Assembly: GCA_030390025.1 (NCBI GenBank)
Contig: CM059432.1
Coordinates: forward strand, 55,306,001 to 55,370,000
Reading direction: 5' to 3'
DNA from: Squalus acanthias
Taxonomy: Eukaryota
DNA: 64,000 nt
A program made the position numbers and the translations under genes. Shown piece by piece: positions 50,098 through 63,249 of the stretch (positions are counted from its first letter, which is position 1; each line of letters begins with the position of its first letter). A model generated the notes under the pieces. That model had not been told where the DNA came from and did no database searches. It saw only the letters and a program-made list of their open reading frames with translations.

Positions 50098-51282
50098 AGA
50101 GAGATTTGAGTACATTGGGCCTATACTCTCTGGGGTTTAGAAGAATGAGCGGTGATCTCATTGAAACATGTAAGATTCTGAGGGGGATTGACAGGGTAGA
50201 TGCTAAGAGATTGTTTTCCCCTGGCTGGAGAGTCTTTAGGGGACATAGGCCCGTATTTTCCGATGCCTACGGGTGTGTACGGGCTGTGTACACACCCGTA
50301 AGGACATCGGAAATGCCAGTTTCAGGCATGCACAGCACATGCGCTGAAAACCGGCATTTCCGATCTGTCAAGAATGCTCTTGACAGATCGGACGCCTGCC
50401 CTGGAGAAGGGCCTCTGCGGGTGGAGTGTTCCGCTTTTTGCAGAATCTCCGCCCGCAGAAAACCCTTAGAAATCTTACGCCTGGTAAAAGCAGGCGTAAG
50501 GCCTGCTTTTACCAGCATAAGAGTTGAAAAAAGTTTTTAAAAAAATTTCCACTCATTTATAATTAAAAAATACTTTAAAAAAAGGTAAGTTTATTTTTAG
50601 CCCCGTAAAAAACTTTAATTATTTTTTTCAAAAAATTAAATTTTTGTTTAAAATATTTAATTTATTGTAATTTTAACTCATTTTAAAAACGTGATTTAAA
50701 AAAAAAAATTATTTAATGTTTTACTGTGTTTTTGGGGTGATCTCCATTCATATATTTGACAGGTCTGTCTGTCAAAAGTATGAAGGGAGATTCCCTTCTC
50801 CTATTGGCTGGCCTGGCCCACGTGATCACAGGGATGCTTGCGAACTGCCTGCGCCCCTGGGATACGTGGGCCCTGTGCATTTCGACTTTGGAGAGTCCCA
50901 GGAGCGGAAGTGTCCGGACCTCGGGATTTTCGCAGATTTTTTTCCGATAGGAGGCATCTGCACACAGGAAGCTTATCGGAAATTACGGGCCATAGTCTCA
51001 GGACAAGGGGTCAGCCATTTAAGACTAAGATGAGGAGGAATTTCTTCACTCAGAGCATTGTGAATCTTTTGAATTCTCTACCCAAAGGGCTGTGAATGCT
51101 GAATCGCTGAGTATATTCAAGGCTGAGATAGATAGGTTTTTGGACTCTAGGGGAATCAAGGGATATGGGGATCGGCCAGGAAAGTGGAGTTGGGGTCGAA
51201 GATCAGCTATGATCTTTTTGAATGGCGGAGCAGGCTCGAGGGGCCGTATGGCCTACTCCTGTTCCTAATTCTTATGTTCTTA
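50098..51282 (+). mobile_element. CR1 3' fragment split by a MITE
   Basis: LGLYSLGFRRMSGDLIET ... GHSLR..FFTQSIVNLLNSLP; tail TTCTTATGTTCTTA. Confidence 0.88.
50248..50991. mobile_element. MITE family B
   Basis: TIR GGCCCGTATTTTCCGAT / ATCGGAAATTACGGGCC; TSD ATA inside the CR1 host. Confidence 0.9.
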
Positions 51283-52535
51283 CCACACGGAGAATACATC
51301 ATTCTCTATATAAACGGTTTGGAATAAATAGATTACTGTGGTAAAATTGTCTAACTATCAGTATTATTATCATCATCAGGAAAAACAGTTTTCATATTTA
51401 TACCTTTATTTTACCTCTTACTACTGCAGAAGAATTGAACAGTACCAAATTTGTTAGCCATCGTATAGCAACAATAAAATTGGAACAAGACTATTCAGCC
51501 TAGCAAACTAATTTCTTCAGCAAACCACTCACAGTTTGGCCTATCATAGACTCCATCCAATATATCTCATTTCCTGAGAGACGAAGGCCCCGATATTTAC
51601 TTGGGGCCGTGAAGAGAGCGGGGGTAGAATTTCTGGATGGGAATTCTGGACGTACGGGTTTCCCGAACATCTTGCTGAAGTTAACAGCAGGACGTCTTTT
51701 AAATTTTTTCAGCAGGTTTCCCGCTCGACAGCCAGCCTGATTGACAAGCTGGCTTCCTGTCAGGCCAGGCCGGGGAGCGGAGAGGAGGGAGGGAGGGAGA
51801 GATCATGGTGGGAAGGTGGAGATCGAGGTCAGACTTTTCAGATGCAGGTCGGGGGAGGAGATCGTGGCAGTCGGAGGAGATCGTAGATGTTGGGGATAGA
51901 TCGTGGAGGTCAGGAAAGATCGTGGAGGTCCGGGAGGAGTTCAGGGGTGCGGGAGTCAGCGATCAGGGGGTGTTGGGAGATCGTAGGGGGGGTAGTCGGA
52001 TATCGAGGGGGGTGGGGTGGTTGGCCGCTTGCAGGGTCTGTAAAGAGGTAAGCTTGTTGGGCTTGGAGGAAACACGCCTGCTCCTCCTGCCCACAAGCAC
52101 TTACCTCATGGATCCAGCCCTACCCACCTCCTTTTACCTGCCAGGTTTCCTGAGCCCCAGGCAACCCACCTTCCATGGGTTAAAAATTAAAATCCTACTA
52201 AAATGGAGGCACGCAGCCTCCTTAAAAGCTTTAACTGACCGACCTGTCTCCTGAGAGTGGATTGGTCACTCGCCCCCCCCCCCCCAATCTGTCTCAGTTA
52301 AAACCGCAAGTGGGCGGGTTGGGGTAAGGTTTGAGATTTTAAAGAGTTTTACTTCCCATCTGCCCCCAGCCCATCCTTCCTTGGGGATTAAAATTTCCTT
52401 CTAAATTTCTAATAAAATAAATCTCTGTAAAATTTCTCCCACACCCCTGAAGTAATTAGGCAAAAACCTCCAGGATATCAGTCAAACATTCTAGCTAAAT
52501 TATTCAACCCCAATCAGCTGCATTCCACACTTATT

Positions 52536-53162
52536 GGGCCTGAATTTGCGGTCTGAGGCTTCCCGCGGGCAGATGCCTCCGCACCTCAATAAAACTACGC
52601 ACCTACCTGATGGTCCTGGATCCGTGGAGACTCACGCTCCTGGGCCTCTACACGTAGACCTGCTTAAAGGCTCACGTATCCCATGGGTGCATGCGGTTCG
52701 CAAGCGCCCCTGGGATCACGTGGGCCGGCCCAACCAATCAAAGGTGATTCCCATTATGTTTATGGGAATCCATTTACGTACGGAATCCCCATAAGCTGAA
52801 TAGGAATCACCCAAAAAATACATTTTTACAGCACTGAAATAAAAAAAATTACCTGCTTAAAATTAATTAAAATACAATTTAATTAAACATTTAAAACAAA
52901 AATTTTATTTTTTGAAAAATAAATGTAAACATTTTTCAAGGGGCCAAAAATAACAAACTTATTTTACAGGTTTTTGAATGTTAAAATGATTATTTTAAAT
53001 TTATTTTCACCCTTACGCTGGTAAAAGAAGGCCTTATGCGTAAGAGTTTCATGGGCATTCGCAAGTTCCGGGTTTTCACGTATGCGCAGCGCATGCATTA
53101 ACCCAGACTTGCAGGGCACTTACGGCTGCATACGCCGTCATAGGCCCTGGAAAATCCGGGCC
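52536..53162. mobile_element. MITE family B
   Basis: TIR GGGCCTGAATTT / AAAATCCGGGCC; TSD ATT. Confidence 0.82.
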
Positions 53163-53930
53163 ATTGTATTATTCATGGACAAAACTTTTTTTTAAAGTAT
53201 ATCTTTGTTTGGCTCCCACTCTCTGTTTCTTTCTGTTCCCTCCCTGTCTTTCTATTTGACTCCTGCTCTTATTCTTTTCAGTACTGGTGGTGGTGTCCTG
53301 CACAATGAGACGATGGGCCTAGGCCTTCAACTTGGTATCTCAATAATTATTCTTATCTAACCAAATCTGGGTGGGATGCAGATTCTAGTTTGTAGATGTA
53401 GATGTCTGCAGAGTTCTCTGCTATTAGGTAGCCAGAATTACATTTCAGGACATCCAGTCAACATTTTGTATTCTGTGCAAAGGGGGCATTGAGTAATCTT
53501 GTTTCAAAAGCAAAGACCAGTAAAGTCATTAGCTGAACATAGCTATTGTTCTAATTGTGGGGGGAGAAATAGAGTAAAACATCTTAGCAAAGGTAAAGGC
53601 TGTTACTAGATAAATGTAAGCATGTTGTACTAAAAGCTATCGGCAGAACAGCCACATAAGTAATTTTTATGCTTTGACAAAGCTCTTTGGCGAGAACCCG
53701 AATATATATTAATTGGATTCGGGAATAGGAAGTACAATATCAAAATTTGCGGACGAGACCAAATTGGGGGGTACGGTTCATACTGAGAAAGACTACGACA
53801 AAATACAAGAAGACGTTAACAAACTTCCACAATGGGTGTCTAAATAGCAAATAAATTTCAATACAGATTAAATCCGAGGTGGTGCATTTTGTTGGAGGAA
53901 TAAGGAGGCCACCTATTCCTTGGAAAGTAA

Positions 53931-55626
53931 GGGCTGAATTTTGCCGGCGCTCAGTGTGGGTTTGGAGGCAGATCCGCTGTCAAAATCGAAATGATTGACA
54001 GCGGGTTGGGAACCCGCTCCGAACCCACCTCCATGTAAGTTTCCAAAGTGTCGGGTCTGCGATTTCAGAACAGACCCAACACCAAGCAACGGGGAGGCAT
54101 TTAAGATCATTAAATGCTTGTTAAACGCTTGTTAACCACTATTTTGCCAGCCTATTTCTATTTTACCACTTTTTTTACGAGGTTCCCTTCGCTCGGGGAT
54201 CATGTCAGGTAATTAGGTCGGGTTCTCTATGTCTCCCCATTGCTGTGATTAGGTGACAGCTGCAAAAGTGGTATGAAAGCTACCATTTCACAGCTGGTCA
54301 CTTTCCAATGTCAGAAGCTTGAGCTTTCAGAACTTGGAAGACACTTTTGAGCTGTATGCAGTTTGGTAGTGTTTGGAGTAAACTCTCTAACCACTGTCAC
54401 CTCCTTGGAGCAAGCTTTCTCACCATTGACAGATCGCTTCTGTCATCTCAATTTCAGCTGCCGTCTATTCCAGCAACATCGGTGCCCTTGAAAAAATCTC
54501 ACCGTGGTCCTCTGAATCCCTCCACGATCAGCCCCAACACCAACATCACCAGGCACACCATCATCACCAATAACACCAACCTTCTCCGCAATCACCTGAT
54601 GCTGCACATGACACAGGGCATCAGCACCTGACAATATTGCTGCTTGGGAGGCCAGCGATGGCATCACCATGGCCAGATTTACTTCACTTGACACTGCCAC
54701 ATGATGCGCCAGGTTGACACCACCCCACACCAGCACCATAAAGCATCCCTACAATGTCCAAGCCATTCCTTTCACACTCATCACAATTGGGGGAGGGGGG
54801 GGAGTTATGTCTCAACATTCACTGGAGCTCACGAAGACACTTCTAAAGTTGAGCACAGATCTGTCCAATAAGGTAAAGTGTTGAAAATATAGATTTCAAT
54901 GTTTGACAACGCATTAACAGAAACTTCACATGAACATTGGCTAAACCACTCAAGTGCCTACCCTTGTGTGTTGTTAGTTGGTATGCTTGCAGTAGGATGA
55001 GGGTGAGTGTGAGGGGTGGCTAGTGAGATGGGGAAGTGATAATGTAGATAGAGGGGGATGGGTGGAGGTGCAAGGTAAGTGATGTGAATAAAGATGCGCA
55101 GGAGTATGGTAGGGAAGGCAGAGTGATGTGATGAGTGGCACAGCAGGATGAGGTTGAGTGTGGCTTGGCAGTAATGTTTTGTGACCTGCTCAGATCATTG
55201 AAAGGCTTGCGCCACTGCAGCCTGGTCCTCCTGACGACATCCCTGCTTTTGCCCTCCTGTGCAATATGCAACCAGGCTGCGATGGTGTCCTGGGGAGGTC
55301 TCTTCTGCCCATGGGAAGGGAAGAGAACCTCCCTGCATTCTGTGACTCCCTCCGTAAGCATATGGAGGGAGTCATGCGAGAGCCTGGGTGCAGCCGTCCA
55401 CCTTTGTGCAGTGCTTGTCAGTGTTTGCAGCACCTCAATGCTGCAGAACTCTGACAGAACAACTGTCAAAATGAATGTGCTTCCTTTTAATTGGCCAGGA
55501 ACCCCGCAGGGCGGGCTTAACAAGCCCAATCTACGTAAAATCACTTGGAGAGAGCGGGCTGGAGTCGGGAGCGGGACCAGGACCAGGACCCGCCACGATC
55601 CCGCCTCCGCTGGCAAAATCGCGGCC
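53931..55626 (-). mobile_element. Non-autonomous Harbinger derivative with Myb remnant
   Basis: TIR GGGCTGAATTTTGCC / GGCAAAATCGCGGCC; TSD TAA; host CR1 continues across the site. Confidence 0.9.
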
Positions 55627-55794
55627 TAAGTGTCTAAGTGGGGTAGAGGAGCAAAGGGATCTAGGGGTACAGATCCACAAATCATTAAAAGTAGCAACAC
55701 AGGTTAACAAAGCCATAACAAATGCTAACAAAGAACTGGGGTTCATTTCTAGAGGAATGGAATGCAAAATAAGATAAGTTATGTTAAACTTTTA

Positions 55795-56972
55795 TCTTCT
55801 TCTTAGGCAGTCCCTCAGAACCGAGGATGACTTGCTTCCACATTAAAAATGAGTTCTCAGGTGACTGATGAGTCCAATGCAGGACCTACAGTCTCTGTCA
55901 CAGGTGGGGCAGACGGTGGTTGAAGGGGCGGGTGGGTGGGGTGCTTGGGTTGACGTGTGCTCCTTGCGCTTGGCTTCCACTTGCTCCCAGCAAAGAGACT
56001 TGAGGTGTTCGGCACCTTCCCGGATGCTTCTCCTCCACTTTGTGTGGTCTTGGGCCAGGGATTCCCAGGTGTCGGTGCGGTTGTTGCACATTTTCAAGGA
56101 GGCTTTGAGGGTGTCCTTGAAGCGTTTCCTCTGCCCACCTGGGGCTCTCTTGCCGTGTCGGAGCTCTGAGTAAAGCGCTTGTTTTGGGAGTCTCGTATCG
56201 GGCATGCAGACGATGTGACCCGTCCATCAGAGCTGATCGAGCGTGGTCAAAGCGTCGATGCTGGGGATGTTGGCCTGAGCGTGAACACTGACGTTGGTGC
56301 GCCTATCCTGCCAATGGATTTGCAGGATCTTGCAGAGGCAGCGTTGGTGGTTCCTCGCCAGTGCTTTTGAGGTGCCTGCTGTACTGAGGTCCATGTCTCT
56401 GAGGCATACAGGAGGGCGGGTATCACTACTGCTCTGTAGACCATGAGCTTAGTGCCGGGTTTCAGGACCTGGTCTTCAAACACTCTCTTCCTCAGGCGAC
56501 TGAAGGCTGCACTGGCACACTGAAGGCAGTGTTGGACTTCGTCATCGACGTCTGCCCTTGTTGACAGTAGGCTCCTGAGGTATGGAAAGTGGTCCACGTT
56601 GTCCAAGGCCTCGTCGTGGATTTTGATAATCGGGGGGCAGTACTGTGTGGCGGGGCAGGGGCAGGTTCGTAGAGGACCTTTGTCTTATGGATGTTTAGTG
56701 TAAGGCCCATGCTCTCATATGCTTCGGTGAAGGTGTTGACAATGGTTTGGAGTTCGACCTCCGAGTGTGCGCAGACGCAAGCGTCGTCTGCATACTGTAA
56801 TTCGACGACAGAGGATGGAAAGACCTTGGATCTGGACTGGAGGCGACGGAGGTTGAATAGTTTCCCATTTGATCTGTAAATTAGCTCCACTCCAGCGGGG
56901 AGCTTACTGAGGGTGAGATGGAGCATTGCAGCAAGGAAGATCGAGAAGAGCGTTGGTGTGATGACACAGCCT
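55795..56972 (-). mobile_element. RTE-clade LINE 3' part
   Basis: ELQYADDA, GLTLNIHKTKVL, MPDTRLPKQALYSEL, C-terminal CPTC..LISHLRTH; (GAA)n tail; approximate TSD AACTT(T/A)TAT. Confidence 0.9.
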
Positions 56973-58204
56973 TGAGAACTTATATAGAACCTTGGTTAGA
57001 CCATACTTGGAGTACAGTTCTGTGCAGTAAATACTGTGTAGCTTTACTATTTGCCACATAGCTGCAACTACACTTGTAGTTTGACGGAGCTGTCTTGACC
57101 ACTGCTGTGGTTCCAAAGACCAAAATTATCCCTCATAATAAAATGGGCAATTCTCTCAGAGCATGCCATGGTATATGGAGCAGGGATGATGAGAAAAACA
57201 GTAGACTACTAGCCAAATATTTAGAAACATTCACCCTTAAATTAAGTTCTCCTCAAATTAATTTTGCAAAACAACATGACTTAACAAATTATTATTGTTT
57301 TGCACTCTCAGCAGCAAATATCAGAAAATCAGGTGGGTCAAAGCACACACCTGGAAAGAAGCCTGACTGATTTGTTCCAACCCACTTGATTTTCTGATAT
57401 TTGCTGCGCCAGGCAATCCAGCGTGCTTGAGTGCAGTCCCAGGAAAATTTCCTCAATAATGTTACAAAAATAATTTGCGTCAGTAAAGAATATTTTGAAA
57501 ATCGACCCAACCTTTAACCCCTCCATTGGCTTAAATATTAAAGCAACAGCAAACATTTTTTGTTTTTCTAAAAGTATTGATGGGGCAGAGATTGATCTCT
57601 GTTGCGATATTTTTTCTCTCCCGGAAATGTGCCGGATGCCAAATTGAAAGCCGGCACCTTCCAATTATTCCGGGCACCCATCTGAAACAGGGATTCAGCC
57701 CCTTGAATGTGATAATTAGGGTCATAACACCTGTTTTAGGACCCCGCTCCCAAATTTGCCATAAACTGGTGGGGAGCATGCATTGTGCATACTTGACTCA
57801 GTCTTTCAGGGTCTACACCACCTCCAGCGGCCGCCGGTGAAAAGGTAAGTAAAGGTTTTTTATACTTGCGTTTATGTGGAACCAGGCGGAGCAGGAGTAC
57901 TCCTCCTAGCTCCACAACAACACTGCGGGCCTCTGCTAGCCTGGACTCACTCTCCTCCTGTTTGCCTCTCCCACCAGGACTTACCTGCAGGCCGGTTTTG
58001 CGTCAGAGGCCTGGGCCTGACCGATGAGCTGCATCGGTATGCCCAATTGGCTTCTGCAGTTCATGGCGATGAGGCCTGAGGCCCAATGTGCAGCAAGCTT
58101 CAGACCAACATCTTCGGGCATGCGTTCCAGACGCACCATTCACTTTGTGACAATTTCCAACACTACACCAATTTATTCACTGATGACTTGGAGCAATTAG
58201 GATC

Positions 58205-58400
58205 TGAAATTACACAGTAAAATAATAACATGCAAATGCTTAATACATTCATCTGGAATTCCATTGCTCCATTATTTTGGTGGCGGTGTTAACCCATTTA
58301 TTTTAAATAGGTTAACACCTCAGCTAAAATAGCAGGGAGGGGAATTACAGAAAAATGCATTAAACATCCAAATAATCATTATCTTATGGCAGAATTTCAG
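58205..58400. repeat. Imperfect fold-back element (old MITE)
   Basis: Dyad centred near 58300 (GGTGTTAACC...GGTTAACACC) with TGAAATT / AATTTCA outer ends. Confidence 0.55.
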
Positions 58401-58688
58401 AGTTTGTTTAGCATGTTATATGGTATTGAAAGGAGAGTAGCAAATGTAATCTTAATCACTTATTTAATTTGTAAGCTAAAATATTAATCTTAAAATTACT
58501 TTTACTTATGATAGATTACATTGCAGTGCGTGAAAATGGTCTTGTATGTGGAAATTATTTGTTCTGAACTTAAAGCTGACCCTTGAGCATTGTTCTTCAG
58601 TGAGCTTTACTGTTAATAATTTTCTCATTTGTTGAATGGCTGGCAATAACTTTATACATTACTGTACTGACATTTGTATTTCTTTCAG

Positions 58689-58867
58689 CCATACCTATGC
58701 AGTCTGCCAAACAGAACCCAAATGTTGCACTGCTACTAACTACACATGGTGGTCACATCGGCTTCTTGGAAGGGATATTTCCTCGCTGGACCACTTATAT
58801 GGACAGAGTCTTCAAACAATTTATACAAGCTGTCTTTGAGCATAGGGATGAGCTGAAAGACACATAA
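58689..58867 (+). CDS. abhd3: ABHD3 coding exon 9 (catalytic His, stop)
   Basis: Acceptor TTTCAG, then (A)IPMQSAKQNPNVALLLTTHGGHIGFLEGIFPRWTTYMDRVFKQFIQAVFEHRDELKDT*. All nine exons join in frame (1203 nt). Confidence 0.95.
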
Positions 58868-59993
58868 CTCTTCAAATATGTTTATTCCCATTGTTTCATA
58901 TCTTAAATTTACTGACCAAACTATTGAAAATCTCAACACTGGTATTTGAGCACATTGTAAAATACATTATTACTTGTATCATCATGTATTTAAAATGCCA
59001 GACTGTCTGTTACTTGAACTTGTCCAGAATTTAACAAAAGGGTGAATGACAGAGCCGAAACTATTATACTCAGACTAAATCTCAATTTATACTTGGGTCT
59101 CTTTCTTTCGTGTGAGTTGATTATTTTGTGTTAATTTTAAATATTCAGGTTTTAATTTTATATTATCACTTTCTAATTACTGCTTCATCTTTTATCATAA
59201 TTGTTCATTTTGCATACCCAGTTGGCACCGAACCTCTATAATTACCACATTATCAACGGTACACTGAAATCCTCAGGGCTATTATTTAATATATGGGCTA
59301 GTAGTTTTAATTTAATCTTTTTCTCAACATATTTGCAATTCATAATATGATTGTATTGTTCAGAAGAAAATGCATTTGCACACAATTTAACACTTGCCCA
59401 AATAACTTATTTTGTAGCAGTTTGCATCTTGTATTGATGTTGACTCAGTCATTGCAATTATCCACAGTTTGGTTACTATAAAGCAAATGTAATAATATAA
59501 CATAAGAATAACTATCATAAATGCAATATTTAATAAGGAAGAAGCACAGATACTGCTAGGACAAAAATTCTTGCCTCAAAAGGAATGCAACTAAGCACAG
59601 ATAATGCTGATGCATTTTCTTTTAAGTTTGGGCATGATGAATTTCTTTTCAAACCATTAAACTACCTTGACTGTGCCAAGGGCCTATTCCTTAAATGCTT
59701 GAAAACCAATAGAAATCAATATCATACTTAAATCAACAGCAGCTAACTCTGAATTGAACTGTACTTGAGCGATATCACAGTGAATGCAATATATTTGACC
59801 CTGGGCTATAGTATTTACACAGTCGGTGCTACTGAGTTGGCCATGAGTTACTCTACATGCTTAGTTGTCCTGTCAGAGCATCCAGTACTTACTGGGATCT
59901 TCCAGCCCTTAGAGTATAATGTTTATATTAGAATTGATTTATCACAAGTCCAACCTCTCACGGATTGTATGTGGCAACATGGGTTACAAATGT

Positions 59994-59999
59994 AATAAA
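59994..59999 (+). promoter_or_regulatory. Candidate abhd3 polyadenylation signal
   Basis: AATAAA about 1.1 kb after the stop, in an AT-rich, repeat-poor stretch; a second AATAAA lies near 60069. Confidence 0.45.
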
Positions 60000-61372
60000 C
60001 TTTTTTTCTGAGAAAACTCTTAAACAATGAGAATATGTTTAAAGATATTTACTATATATTTATGAAAAAATAAAATTTTCTAAACCAAGCATTGTTTGTT
60101 TATTTAGTACAAATAACATGAATTTTAAAGTTACATTATGGCACCATATACTATTTCATATTTTAAATAATGGATTGGTCCAATACCTACAACTTGCAGC
60201 CAAGGTATGCAAACTGAAATGTGACCTATTTTGTAAGTGGATTTTTTTTATTATTGGCAATGTGTGTTTGAAATTATTATTACATGATGTGCAGCTTGAA
60301 TCCTGCCCAAGTCAAAATCACAGCAACGTCTGCCCAGCAAAGGGTCCCTCAGAAACAACTTTCCATATGACCTGATCTCTGCTGGCAGTAAAAGTGGAAG
60401 AAACTGAGCAATGGGGTGGTGATGGCACTTGAGCTTGTCAACTGATTCTCGTGGCAAAATCTCCCTAATGCCAGTGTCTGAAAATTTATTGAACCTATTA
60501 TTACGGACCAAAAGAAAAAGAATCTATCAACCAGTGTCAGCACCAATGCAGGCCCTTCGCATATCCAATACTCATATCCAATATTATCTTCTGGCCAGAA
60601 AGTCAGTGGTCTGACTGCTCAATTGGGCATTTCACACTACTAGATAAAATGATGGAGGAACCAATAATTTCCAGCCAAATTGTACCTCAGGTTGTCTGAT
60701 CGCACAGGGATTGATAAAAATCACAGAACAATTTGTGGGCCATGCCACTGTACCAGTCATGCTGAAGGATGTTGTGATAGTCAACAACTCACACAGGGAA
60801 AATGGTGAAACATTGATACATATAGAGAGAACTAGCAATATATTGGAACAGTAATATAATATCTTTAAGCAATAATCTGCAATAAACCACTAGAGTGCTG
60901 TCCAATAGAAATGTATCAGAACTGCCAACAATATGAATATTGTAAATGTTCGTGGATTGAATTGGGGATGGGAGATTTCCCCATGTGGCAATAATCAGTT
61001 GAATATAAGGTATTGTCTAGAAATTTATTATAGCCCAGGAATCGACAGTATAATTAAAAAAGTTGGCGAATTAGCGCCAGGCGCTAATGCTTTAGACTGC
61101 ATGCAAAATTCATGCTCACTGTTCAAAGAAATGATTGGCACGCTTATTCAAATCTTTAAGCCCAAGCTAATTGGCGTTACACTCAAAGGGTGGACCAATA
61201 TCAGGTGCAGTCTAATCGCAAGTCATCATTACCACAGGCTTTTTTCAGTACTTAAAGGGGAGGTTCATTGATGCTGCAGAACCTCATTCTCAGCATTGCT
61301 GGCTGTGCAGCTGCCTTAGCAAGCAACAGCAGGTCAAGGAGAAGGAGCCGGAGGACTGAAGCAGCTGTACTC

Positions 61373-63249
61373 ATGGGAGATCCACACCCCAGGGAGAGAG
61401 CCCGCAGATTCAGCGATCAAGCATTGGAGACATTGATGTTCGCTGTGGAGAGACAGAGGGCGGTGCTCTACCTGGCAAGTGGCAGGAGACCCTCGCCACA
61501 AGTTTTCTGCACCATGTGGAGGGAGGTAGCGCAGCACATCTGGGGCAGCACTGTGGTCCCCAGGACCCACACACAGTGCAGGAAGAAATTTTATGACCTC
61601 ACTCGGGTGGTCAGGGTGAGTGAATGCTTCAACAAATGCTACATACCACCATCTGAACCACAGTCTTCACACACTGCCCAAAGCACCACACCCCCAGCAC
61701 TCACCCACCAACAATCTCTACCTACCAACACTCACACTCACAACTCACACCTTGCACACAATGACAGCTATTCAACTATGGCAGTCACATCACCCAAACA
61801 CGTTGCTCCACACTCACTCACACACTTTCCCCTCTCTTGCAGGCCAAGGTGGCTCACAACAGGCGGGAGCAGGAGCGCACAGGCAGGGGACAAGCCAACA
61901 CCCAACCACTGTCTGTGCTGGAAAATAGAGTGCTGCAGATTATTGGGCGCCAGGTGGTGGGCGCCATGGTCACCGGCGACATTGACCCCCTTGGGGACAA
62001 CAACGGTGTGTTCATCCCTACTCCTTCTTCTCACATCCCACTTCCCCCTCACCCCACAAGCATTTTGACCTTTCCAGTTAATCATGCTGTATGCATGCAT
62101 TTCTCCCTTCCTGCCCCCTCCCCTCACCTTAACCCGACTTTTGTGCCTTTATGCTTTCAGATAATCAGCAAGCACCTGAGCAGCCTGTCCCTGAGGGCAC
62201 GGTAGAGAGCGAGGCGGGAGAAGAGGAGGAGGAAGAACACACTGCGTCACTGCATGTCTCACCCACAGACGCCAGCTCAGATACTGGCACTACGCATTCT
62301 TTAGAGGCTAGTATAGTAGCGAGATCTGCACAGGGTGAGGCACTGGGGATGAGTGAGATGCAGCAAGGCCACGGGGAAAGGGTAGCTCGAGGGCCAGCTC
62401 CCCAGAGGGCAAGTTCGCGCGCAAGTTCTGCTGCACAGGACTCAGATGAGGACCTCGATGGGGAGGCGTTTAGAAGAAGGGTGATGGGCATGCACACGGA
62501 GATGATAGGTGCAATGGCAACGGTGCCCGAGAGCCTCTCAACAATGATAAGGAGTGTGGAGGAGTCCGCCTCCAGCATTGCACACCATGGAGCCCATCAT
62601 TTCCCATCTGCAAAGGATGGTAGACTCCCAGAGAGACCGTGGCGACCCAGGCCTGATGCCGCGTGTGATGGGTGATCTGGCAGTTTCCACTGCAGCACAG
62701 GCGGAAGCGACCCAACATTTTAGTGCTGTAATGCATTCTATGCTTGCTGGCATCCAATCTCAGACTGCTCTCATGCAGTCTCAGCTTGATGCCACGCAAG
62801 CTCTGACTGCTGCCATCATGGCTGGGTCTACCACCGTCGACAGTGGCTTTCACGATGTCACAGCAGGTCAACAGATTGCTCGGTATGTTGAGGTGCTGCC
62901 CCGGGAAAGTGGCAGTGGGTCAATGGACAATGAACCTGCTGTCCTCTCTCAGGCTGACAGCATTCCTGATCCCACCGCTGCCACTCCGCCATTGCCCTTG
63001 TCGCTGCCTGTCATCCAGCCAGCCCAGACTGCTGCCGCCCATGCTGAGGTGGTGCAGTTTACAGCCGGGCCTTCCAGGCCCGGAGCTGGTTGAGGGCGTC
63101 CTGCAAGGCCGTCTGCAGTCTCCCGCACAGACACTCAGCAGCCTTCCACCAGCCGTGCTGCAGCCACTGGGCCAATACTTCATAGGAGCACTAGAGTAGG
63201 CAAAGGAACAGTAACGACAGGCACTAAGGGATTGCACAAGGGTGAATAG
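61373..63249 (+). pseudogene. Harbinger Myb/SANT-like gene, 3 exons (61373-61615, 61843-62005, 62161-63249), in an element (~61016-63480) lacking most of the transposase
   Basis: RERARRFSDQALETL..WREVA..PRTHTQCRKKFYDL; intact GT-AG sites; acidic tract; frameshift near 62580 and TGA at 63091; TIR-like TCTAGAAATT at 61016. Confidence 0.82.

Larger units (their letters stand above)
53690..57030 (+). mobile_element. Old CR1 RT fragment split by two later insertions
   Basis: ISKFADETKLGG (~53735), EEQRDLGVQIHKSLK (~55650), YRTLVRPYLEY (~56985). Confidence 0.8.

Noticed and set aside
3773..58867. ABHD1 or ABHD2 instead of ABHD3
   Set aside because: Motifs RELSxYL, CPVVTETYYPT, QTLLRPFIT, GTSKESYILHM and MLLLNYLGK match ABHD3 as I recall it; not confirmed by search.
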